Assembly: GCA_036501405.1 (NCBI GenBank)
Contig: DASYAJ010000200.1
Location: forward strand, 1-24,371
Source: Candidatus Kapaibacterium sp.
GTDB taxonomy: Bacteria > Bacteroidota > Ignavibacteria > Palsa-1295
Length of the DNA stretch: 24,371 nt
Direction of reading: 5' to 3'
This document shows, one piece after another, positions 1-7,294 of this stretch; within the stretch, counting starts at the first letter, position 1; every line of letters starts with the position of its first letter. The notes under the pieces are model-generated. The model searched no databases and had not been told where the DNA came from. It was given only the letters and a program-made list of their open reading frames with translations. The translations under genes were made by a program, and so were the position numbers.

Positions 1-64
1 TGACAGCCGTTGTCGTCTTCGCTACGCCTCCTTTTTGATTTGCGATCGTGATGATTTTTCCCAT
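1..64 (-). CDS. parA: ParA/Soj family ATPase, N-terminal fragment (runs off window start)
   Basis: Manual translation from ATG at 64 gives MGKIITIANQKGGVAKTTTAV, with the deviant Walker A motif of ParA/MinD ATPases. Not in the ORF track. Confidence 0.85.
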   Translation of the reverse strand, partial: MGKIITIANQKGGVAKTTTAV

Positions 65-126
65 GAGCGGGATGCTAACACGCAGAAGAGTCTGGCTGTT
101 CAGTTCGTGAGGAAAAATCGAGTCAG

Positions 127-1845
127 CTACTGCAATTTCCAAATCTCGCAGGGATACGGCCCGCGAGAAAAACGGACGCAGATCGAATCGCTCGGCAGGA
201 GCAACGACGAATTTCGTGTGCCGTGAAAAAGATCGATATCCAATTTCGATTGAAGCAGAATGTAGGAATTTGGCTCCGTTCGCATCGCATCGATCACGCG
301 CGGAAGAAGGAGCGAATCGGTAAGGAATGTCCGCTGGAAATCGCTACGGCCCAGCGCCTTTAGTGCATCGAAGACGAACCCTCCGGCGAACGTATATTGA
401 TCGGCCAGTTTTGTCTCATTGTCTTTTCCGGTAATTGCATAGGGGCCGTCAATGCCATAAAGCTGATAATCGGTAACGGCAAGCAGTGCGCCGGCGGGAA
501 GATTCCGAGCTGCCCACTCGACGGCCTCGTTCGCATTTTGGCGCACATCGCGAACTTCCGTAAGCAGATGTTCTTCTTTCGCAGCTTTTGGAAGAATGCC
601 CATGAAAAAAAGGATGGCGACGGCAATTCCCGCAATTCCGATTCCCCATCGAAAAAGATTACTCTTTCGATAAGGAACGATTGCTTGCTTGAGATCTGAA
701 ATCCAGACCGTCCATGCCCATGCCGAAAGAATAGATGTGAGCAGCGCCGCTTCTGTAAGCTGAGTTTTAACAAGTTGAATCGTAAAGAGGAGCGCCACCA
801 TCGCGATGGTAAGGCACGCGAGAAATGGGAACAATCTGCGAACCCGCTCCCGCTCCGAATTGGGAAGCGTACCGATTGTCACGAAGATAAAAATCATCAG
901 CGGCACGGCGATCAGCACATTTTGAAAGAGAAGAAGCGCAAGCACAAACGCCGCCACGGATAGGTAGGAAAACTGCTCGAATGCCTTTCGATAAATTGTC
1001 CGCAAAAACGCAAAGACAATCGGGAAAAAAAGAAGCGCGCGTGCCGGGATCGAAAGATAGGTCTCGCTATAATACGAAATGCGATCGCGAATAAAAAATC
1101 CGAGTTCCGGCGTGTGCAGCGGAAAGAAACGGTTCGTCTTTGTTGGCGAAAGGAATGCGACCCAAAGCGTTACAATCAGTAAAAAGAGATAGCCAATGAG
1201 TGGCAGAGCCACCTTTCTTCCACTTTTTTTCCATTGAGTAATAATCCGGTTCCTTTCTAACAAAAACGATCCCGCGATCACCAGGTGCACCAGCACGAAC
1301 GCTGGCTCTTTCGAAAGCACGGCAAGCGTTCCCATTGCCATGCCGGTAAGCCAGAGACCTGTTCTCGTTTCATGCATACCACGGAGCGAAAAATACCAGC
1401 ACAATGCGGTGAAGCAAATTTCAAGGCCGTAGGTCAGGTCGCTATACCAAAAGAAGATATTGAGGATCGGAAGAAATGCAAGGAAATAGAGCAATACGGA
1501 AATTTGAAACGATTCCCAGCGGTGGATCAGAAACCGTACCGTGAGTCCTGTGAACGTAATTCCGATGAGGAGCGACAAGTCCAGCGTCAGGTGCCACCAG
1601 AATGGATGGTCCCATCCGGCAAATTTTGTCAGCACATAAGCGGTGAGCGCGAACAGCGGGCGAAAGCTATTTACCATCTGCCCTTTGACCGGATCGAACG
1701 CATCGACGAGCGAATGTCCCTGCGCCCAAAGCATCAGGAGCACATCGTCTAAACGGAATGGCATCCGGTAGCGCGTGGTGAAGAGCGCGAGAATCGCGAT
1801 TCCGAGTGCAAAAAAAAGAATATCGAAAGTTCGCCGCACGTTCAA
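127..1845 (-). CDS. Polytopic membrane protein, GT-C-like glycosyltransferase (PMT-like) with soluble C-terminal domain
   Basis: 572-aa ORF with many hydrophobic segments. DD motif after the first TM (RLDDV), FRPL motif and SKEPA motif are typical of GT-C enzymes. The start could be GTG at 1839 rather than TTG at 1845. Confidence 0.7.
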   Translation of the reverse strand: MNVRRTFDILFFALGIAILALFTTRYRMPFRLDDVLLMLWAQGHSLVDAFDPVKGQMVNSFRPLFALTAYVLTKFAGWDHPFWWHLTLDLSLLIGITFTGLTVRFLIHRWESFQISVLLYFLAFLPILNIFFWYSDLTYGLEICFTALCWYFSLRGMHETRTGLWLTGMAMGTLAVLSKEPAFVLVHLVIAGSFLLERNRIITQWKKSGRKVALPLIGYLFLLIVTLWVAFLSPTKTNRFFPLHTPELGFFIRDRISYYSETYLSIPARALLFFPIVFAFLRTIYRKAFEQFSYLSVAAFVLALLLFQNVLIAVPLMIFIFVTIGTLPNSERERVRRLFPFLACLTIAMVALLFTIQLVKTQLTEAALLTSILSAWAWTVWISDLKQAIVPYRKSNLFRWGIGIAGIAVAILFFMGILPKAAKEEHLLTEVRDVRQNANEAVEWAARNLPAGALLAVTDYQLYGIDGPYAITGKDNETKLADQYTFAGGFVFDALKALGRSDFQRTFLTDSLLLPRVIDAMRTEPNSYILLQSKLDIDLFHGTRNSSLLLPSDSICVRFSRGPYPCEIWKLQ

Positions 1846-1850
1846 AATTA
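1843..1850 (-). promoter_or_regulatory. Candidate Bacteroidota-type -7 box (TAATTTTG)
   Basis: Minus strand reads CGTAATTTTG, matching TAnnTTTG. It overlaps the annotated TTG start and lies 3 nt before an in-frame GTG. Confidence 0.4.
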
Positions 1851-1943
1851 CGAATTAGTCATTGCACACGACACATTTCGGGAAAGATTTCCGGAACAAT
1901 TGCCATCCGTAATTCGTAATTGATAGTTCTTAATTTAGATTTT

Positions 1944-2362
1944 GGGGATGCATTGGCTTCGACGGGAAGTGTATACACTGATGTGGAGCGCGCCGGGTGA
2001 GGATACGACCATCCGTAACAAACTCGTGTCAAACCATAATTGCGAACACTTATAGCTACGCAATGGCTGCCTAAGCTCCTTTAAGGTAACTTAAAGTCGA
2101 TGCTGCTATTCCGCCTATCGGGTGGGAGGGCGCCCATCTCCTCCGGCCTCTGGATCTGGCGGGCCGGTACGAGGTGTAATAATGCCGGGTCTTTCTCTGC
2201 ATGAGCGTCTTTCGCTTGCAGTCAATATTAAGGAAGGGCAGCATGAGAAAGCCGGTTGTTTCCTGCTATGGTTTTCGCGTGCTTAATTAATCAGGGAACT
2301 ACGCGCGTAGTGCCCTTCGGTGGCATTTTTCGGACAGGGGTTCGATTCCCCTCATCTCCACA
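1944..2362 (+). ncRNA. ssrA: tmRNA
   Basis: Acceptor stem GGGGATG (1944-1950) / CATCTCC (2353-2359) with the G3.U alanine wobble. T-arm AGGGG-TTCGATT-CCCCT (2336-2352). Internal tag ORF and a downstream terminator are present. Confidence 0.97.
2042..2074 (+). other. tmRNA proteolysis tag reading frame ANTYSYAMAA*
   Basis: gcg aac act tat agc tac gca atg gct gcc taa, following an ATAATT-type upstream context. Ends in AA like canonical tags. Confidence 0.9.
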
Positions 2363-2391
2363 AGCCCCGGCAGTGCTGCCGGGGCTTTTTT
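2362..2391 (+). terminator. Rho-independent terminator of ssrA
   Basis: AAGCCCCGGCA-GTGC-TGCCGGGGCTT followed by a T run. Confidence 0.9.
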
Positions 2392-2579
2392 ATTATGTGT
2401 GCGTTGGGGTGTTTTGCGAGAAATAAAAAAATTATATAGTGTGTGTTGGATGTGTTTTCATGAAGGATGCCGATTTATTCATGACTGCGAGCACCTTTTC
2501 CTGGAGCGGTTCCATAAAATTATGAATTTTAGTCCATTCTTGAAATATCGCTTTTCAAGCAATCCAAAAAAGAATGTTG

Positions 2580-2587
2580 TATCTTTG
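2580..2587 (+). promoter_or_regulatory. Candidate -7 box (TATCTTTG)
   Basis: Exact TAnnTTTG match at the end of an AT-rich intergenic region, just before ATG 2590. Confidence 0.45.
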
Positions 2588-2589
2588 TA

Positions 2590-2867
2590 ATGAGTCTTAG
2601 GTCGCTAAGGCGATCTTAGGCTTCCTTGCTTCCGTCATCCTTGGGCCGCTTCCGGCCATCCATGGCAGACCCATCGTCACTGGAATGTTTAACCTTTTTT
2701 CCTTGAACGGTATGGAACTTAAAACTCGCTCCTCGCAGATCGCAACGCTCTCGGACGGTCAAACGTGGGACCGAATTCCAATCAATGCTCCCAGTCTTTC
2801 TGGTGCATATCACATCACGGTAACCGTTGGTGCATATTCCACTACGTTGGGATACACCGTGTTTTAA
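2590..2867 (+). pseudogene. Small T9SS CTD-like protein, apparently frameshifted near its 5' end
   Basis: ATG 2590 gives MSLRSLRRS*. The frame of ORF 2685..2867 is open from 2601 (VAKAILGFLASVILGPLPAIHG...FNLFSLNG...LSGAYHITVTVG...). Adding one G at about 2599-2601 gives a 92-aa signal peptide plus CTD-like protein. Flanked by a promoter box and a terminator. Confidence 0.4.
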
Positions 2868-2876
2868 TTCAACTCA

Positions 2877-2905
2877 GGGAACGGCTTTCGAGCCGTTCCC
2901 TTTTT
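2877..2905 (+). terminator. Rho-independent terminator
   Basis: Perfect 10-bp stem GGGAACGGCT-TTCG-AGCCGTTCCC followed by TTTTT. Confidence 0.85.
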
Positions 2906-2917
2906 AATCACCGAGCA

Positions 2918-4236
2918 ATGAAAACTATTTTCGCATGTGCTATTCTTATCTTGTCGTCAAGCGCCTTTGCGCAATGGAATGAAGTATATCCTTTCGATAT
3001 GTATTACTTCGGTTACGGAAACCAAGGACAATTTATTTCGTGCGTTTATTTTTTGCCAAATGGGCTTTGTTGGAACCGAAACTTCTCTTTATAAAACAAT
3101 AGATGGCGGAAAGAATTGGTACCCCGTTTGGGATACGGGTTATGATGTTTCTAGTTATCGTATTTCGGATATTTGCTTCCAGGATGATTGGTGGGGTTGG
3201 TTTACGTTAACAGATATTTATGGTGTTCGAAGTGCGTGCTTCGGCACAACTGATGGCGGGGAAACCTGGGCAATGTTACCTGCCAAAGGTAGTATTGGCT
3301 TCGCACTTTTTTTTAATATAACTAAAGGTTTCCTTCTTTTGGGCACGCTTGATTCTGGCATTGAGATGTCAACCGATTTTGGAAATTCGTGGAGAATAAT
3401 TTCTCATTATCCTGTAAAAAGTTTTTCATTCTTTTCCGATACGTATGGTATTGCTTCTTGCTATCTTACCAATGCAGATACGACTACCTCATTGCTGCGA
3501 ACAATGGATGGAGGGCTTACATGGCTATTGGTCGATTCCGGCGTCGACTGTCAACAGCCACTTGCAATACAAGGGACACCGATAGGGTTCGAAGCGGATT
3601 ATGGCAGACTTATAATCCGTAAAACTACGGATTATGGAGCAACTTGGCGAGTAATAAAAGATTTCGGACCTTTTTATGATTCTCGATTTAATGAAATAGC
3701 TCCCTTTGGGAATGGGTATATTAAGGGCGATCTCTCCCGTTTGTATATTCAAACGGATGATTCGGGAATGTATGTTTCCACAGATTCCGGCATAACGTGG
3801 CTACGTGATGGAGGGCCTTCCTATCAAACAAACTTTTCCACGGATCCGCTTTTATTGCAGCCATGGCTACACATTCGCAGGTGCGACGACAATAGCTAAT
3901 GGGGATATTTTCGGCGATGGTCTCTGGGAAGAAATCTGGCCTACGGCGGGAGTGAGTAGCAAGGATTCTGATATTATTATCAATGCCTCCGCCTCACCGA
4001 ATCCCACAGGCACCGGAACGGTTCTCACGTTCGGCACAGCGAAAGAAGCGTACGTTATCGTGAATCTGTACGATGTGCTCGGGCACACCGCCGGCACGGC
4101 GCATTTCGAAGGCTCGATCGAGCCGGGGAATCATTCCATTCCGCTCTCGCTCATCGGCCTTCCACCGGGAACCTACTTCGCTCGCATCCAAACCACCTAC
4201 GCGGAAGTGCAATCGGTGAAGATCGTCAAAGAATAA
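2918..4236 (+). pseudogene. Secreted Asp-box/BNR beta-propeller protein with T9SS CTD, split by two +1 frameshifts
   Basis: Signal peptide MKTIFACAILILSSSAFA from ATG 2918. Frame change at about 3049-3060 into the frame with six Asp-boxes (TIDGGKNW, TTDGGETW, STDFGNSW, TMDGGLTW, TTDYGATW, STDSGITW). Second change at about 3825-3850 into the frame ending in a SPNP...LYDVLG...PGTYF...KIVKE CTD. The repaired gene would encode 438 aa. Confidence 0.75.
3973..4236 (+). repeat. T9SS CTD module, copy 1 (direct repeat of 5089-5352)
   Basis: Manual codon alignment: 244/264 nt identical, no gaps, offset 1116. Confidence 0.95.
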
Positions 4237-4239
4237 TCT

Positions 4240-5352
4240 ATGAAAACACTACTTTTCTCGCTCCTGATGGCCGGAATCGTTCCGGCCAGCATCCTCGCCT
4301 TCAATTTTTGGGCGATAGACGAGAACGGCTCCACGATCGATCCTGCTCATGGCGCCACTAATTGGAACGGTGCTGCACTGCCTTCGCAACAGAGTGCCTT
4401 GAATATTACCTTTACACCTTTGCCAACTCACACTCTCAATTCACCGGATTCATGGAGTGGAATTGATTGCGGCACAACGCTTGCGAAAGCCGATAATAAA
4501 AGTAATAAACCACAATCCATTACTGCCGATACAGTTGGATGCGGACAATCTTTCTGGAATGCATTCTATGCTCGTAGATCCGGCATGTATGTGTCGTCTT
4601 ATGATACCGCGAAGTCTTTTGTTCAGCGCTGTCCAACCGATTATTATGCACCTGCAGCTTTTAGTATAATGGATGGGGATGTACAAGAAGGGGGAAACGG
4701 ATCGGTTCCTGAATGTTGGCAAAGTTTTCAGCAATGGCTTCTCGCTGCGCTCTCTTGGAACCCATATGATCCATCATATTTCTGTGCAGACGTGGAAACA
4801 CTTGCTGGAACCTTTAATAACGGTGATACTGGATGGGTTGCTACCAATACTGCCACAAATAAAAGTCTTTCAGTGAGCTATTGGCTAATTCACAATTCAG
4901 TGTGCGCGAACCCAGGCGATAGTCAATTGTATGCGAATGGGCGCGGTTCTCAAAAAGAGACTTGGTTTAATAGTGTAGATACCTCCAAAGTTCCGCTCGA
5001 TACCACCATCTATTCCCTGCACGACCTTGGCCTCGATAGCGTGCTGAAATACGCGACGCTGCTGGGCGTGAGTGAGGGTGGGCCGAGCATTATTACCGAT
5101 GCCTCCGCCTATCCCAATCCCACGGGAACCGGAACGGTTCTCACGTTCGGCACGGCGAAAGAGGCGTATGTTATTGTGAATCTGTATGATGTGCTCGGGC
5201 ACACCGCCGGCACGGCGCATTTCGAAGGTTCCATCGAGCCTGGGAATCATTCCATTCCGCTCTCGCTCATCGGCCTTCCACCGGGAACCTACTTCGCTCG
5301 CATCCAAACCACCTACGGCGAAGTGCAATCGGTGAAAATCGTAAAAGAGTAA
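4240..5352 (+). CDS. Secreted protein with T9SS type-A sorting CTD, cargo domain of unknown function
   Basis: 370 aa. Signal peptide MKTLLFSLLMAGIVPASILA, five Cys in the cargo, and C-terminal YPNP...LYDVLG...PGTYF...KIVKE. Confidence 0.85.
   Translation: MKTLLFSLLMAGIVPASILAFNFWAIDENGSTIDPAHGATNWNGAALPSQQSALNITFTPLPTHTLNSPDSWSGIDCGTTLAKADNKSNKPQSITADTVGCGQSFWNAFYARRSGMYVSSYDTAKSFVQRCPTDYYAPAAFSIMDGDVQEGGNGSVPECWQSFQQWLLAALSWNPYDPSYFCADVETLAGTFNNGDTGWVATNTATNKSLSVSYWLIHNSVCANPGDSQLYANGRGSQKETWFNSVDTSKVPLDTTIYSLHDLGLDSVLKYATLLGVSEGGPSIITDASAYPNPTGTGTVLTFGTAKEAYVIVNLYDVLGHTAGTAHFEGSIEPGNHSIPLSLIGLPPGTYFARIQTTYGEVQSVKIVKE
5089..5352 (+). repeat. T9SS CTD module, copy 2
   Basis: See copy 1. 4126-4201 is identical to 5242-5317 (76 nt). 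Confidence 0.95.
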
Positions 5353-5378
5353 TGACAGCGTTTCCCGCACTTATAACC

Positions 5379-5424
5379 CCGCCTTGGCGTCCGCCTTGGT
5401 GTCCGCCTCCGGCGGAGTTTTTTT
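5379..5424 (+). repeat. REP-like tandem units CCGCCTTGGYGT x2 plus hairpin TCCGCC-TCC-GGCGGA and T7 (possible terminator)
   Basis: Units at 5379-5390 and 5391-5402. Hairpin at 5402-5416 followed by G and seven T. Confidence 0.6.
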
Positions 5425-5455
5425 CTGAATCGTGCGGTCGGGCCGGTTTTTGACG

Positions 5456-5463
5456 TATTTTTG
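5456..5463 (+). promoter_or_regulatory. Candidate -7 box (TATTTTTG)
   Basis: CGTATTTTTGC, 7 nt before ATG 5471. Confidence 0.5.
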
Positions 5464-5470
5464 CAGCTTC

Positions 5471-7294
5471 ATGGAAGCTCGCCTCACGCATATTTTCACC
5501 CCGGATTTTTCGCGTACCGAAAAACCAATCCTCCTTATCCTTTCCATCCTGTGCATCCTGGTTCTTTCCTCGGTTTTTCCGGCCCTTCTGTTTGCGCAGG
5601 ATAACGGGAACACGGATGCGCACGCCACCGGCTCGAACCTGCTGCGCTATGGGACCGGCACCACGCCCGATGCGGCGGGGAACCCGATCGATAAGCAGTA
5701 CTTCGAGGAAATCGCCGATGCGCGTATTTTTTTCGAGAATTTCCAGCTTGGGCTCCGCTATGAAATGGACGATCCGAGCGAACTGGGCCGCTCCTTTCCC
5801 GCGACGCTCGGCGAGGGACAAGGGCCGGAGTTCCGCCGCCGGTGGCTGGCCTATCGCAAGGACGATGTCGATATTCAGGCGGGCGACGTGAGCGCGCTTT
5901 TCGGACGTGGGCTGGGAATGAATCTCTTCGAATCGCGACCGCTCAATTACGATTCGTGGCTCGATGGCGTATTCGGACGCGGAGAATATAAAATTCCCGA
6001 TTTGCTGAATTTAGACGCCTCGATCAAAGTGCAGGGCATTGGCGGACAAGAAACTTTTTTCCCGATCGATACCACGCAGCCGCAGATGCAAATTTCCGCG
6101 CGCGCGGCGGATGCCGAATTCGGGTTCTTCAAAAAGAAGCTCGTGCTCGGCGCGGAATTTTTGCAGGCATTTACCTCTACGACTCAACCGGGTCCTGGCG
6201 GTACGACATTCCCAACGGACCGGCAGGTCAACGAACCCGATTTTTACGCCGATCTCAATTCCGGGAACTTCGAAGGCTTTCTCGAATGGACCGAAGACCG
6301 CACGCAAGTCACGCAAATTATTGGCGACGAGGTCGATACCTCGCATACGGGCCACGCATTCTATACCTCGCTCAGTTATTCGAATTCCATTTTCGGTCTG
6401 ACCTTCGATTATAAAAATTACGCTTATTTCCTCCACTCTCCCGGCGATCTTTACACGAACGTCTTCAGTAAACTTCCCATTTCGAGTCCGCCTGAAGTCT
6501 ATAAAGATTTTACCTTCACCGAAATTACCCGCACGACTCACGCCGTGAATTTCGACGATGAAATTGGCTACCAGCTCGAAGCAAATATCACGGCGGTGCC
6601 ACATTGGGTGATCGATCTCGATGCCGCCGCTTCGAGTTCCCACGATAAGTACAATACCGCCGGCGTTGCCACCGACAGCACCAGTCTTTTTCCGAAGCTT
6701 TCCGATCAGGGATTTTATCCCTTCTGGGAAGCGTATGCCGAAGGCGAGTGGGATTTCGATCCCAACAACGAACTGAACTTTATCAAGTTTGCGGTTCATC
6801 GCCGCAGCGACGTCATCGTCTATAACGCGCAGACACCTTCCTCGACCGATTACCGCTACGCGACAACCGTTGCCGCAAAGTTCCAATACGAGACCACCCC
6901 GAGCGAGAGCATTCTCGCCATCTGGGAGCACCAGTGGGCTTACGACGAATCGCTCACGACGAACGACAAGCTCCGCCTGAATGAACTCATCACGCTCGAA
7001 TACTCCTTCAATCCGACGATCAATTTCGGTGCGATCTTCGATTATGCGTTTTACTATGCCGACGGTCCGTTCAAAATGGATAACGATTTATTTCGTGGCT
7101 GGGACCTTCATTTGTGGGGGAATTCCGACCTGGCCCACTTGCCCGAAGTTTATGTCGGTCTGCGGCTGGGGCAATCGCACAATCTGCTGATATCCTATGG
7201 CGCGGAGCGGGGCGGCCTCAACTGCACAGGTGGAATTTGCCGCGTCGTTCCGCCGTTTAATGGGCTAAGGCTTTCCTTAACCAGCCAAATTTAA
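5471..7294 (+). CDS. DUF6029-like exported/outer-membrane protein
   Basis: ORF 5432..7294, with ATG 5471 preferred over GTG 5432. Signal peptide ending LFA/Q, beta-rich body and C-terminal GGLNCTGGICRVVPPFNG...SLTSQI, which I recognise as typical of DUF6029. Confidence 0.7.
   Translation: MEARLTHIFTPDFSRTEKPILLILSILCILVLSSVFPALLFAQDNGNTDAHATGSNLLRYGTGTTPDAAGNPIDKQYFEEIADARIFFENFQLGLRYEMDDPSELGRSFPATLGEGQGPEFRRRWLAYRKDDVDIQAGDVSALFGRGLGMNLFESRPLNYDSWLDGVFGRGEYKIPDLLNLDASIKVQGIGGQETFFPIDTTQPQMQISARAADAEFGFFKKKLVLGAEFLQAFTSTTQPGPGGTTFPTDRQVNEPDFYADLNSGNFEGFLEWTEDRTQVTQIIGDEVDTSHTGHAFYTSLSYSNSIFGLTFDYKNYAYFLHSPGDLYTNVFSKLPISSPPEVYKDFTFTEITRTTHAVNFDDEIGYQLEANITAVPHWVIDLDAAASSSHDKYNTAGVATDSTSLFPKLSDQGFYPFWEAYAEGEWDFDPNNELNFIKFAVHRRSDVIVYNAQTPSSTDYRYATTVAAKFQYETTPSESILAIWEHQWAYDESLTTNDKLRLNELITLEYSFNPTINFGAIFDYAFYYADGPFKMDNDLFRGWDLHLWGNSDLAHLPEVYVGLRLGQSHNLLISYGAERGGLNCTGGICRVVPPFNGLRLSLTSQI
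5528..5567 (+). repeat. ATCCTnnnn 9-mer repeat unit inside a CDS, same family as the 21277/21436 arms
   Basis: 5537-5567 matches 21436-21466 at 28/31 nt and encodes ILSILCILVL in frame. Confidence 0.85.

Noticed and set aside
2455-2531. TTCATGAA-like palindromes in the AT-rich spacer after ssrA
   Set aside because: Short, variable and expected in AT-rich DNA.
3973-5352. Diversity-generating retroelement TR/VR pair
   Set aside because: The mismatches are not adenine-restricted (C/T, G/C and C/A occur) and are mostly synonymous. Both copies are coding and no reverse transcriptase is in the window.
2340-5430. Integrative element at ssrA with an attR
   Set aside because: No second copy of the tmRNA 3' end and no integrase found by eye.
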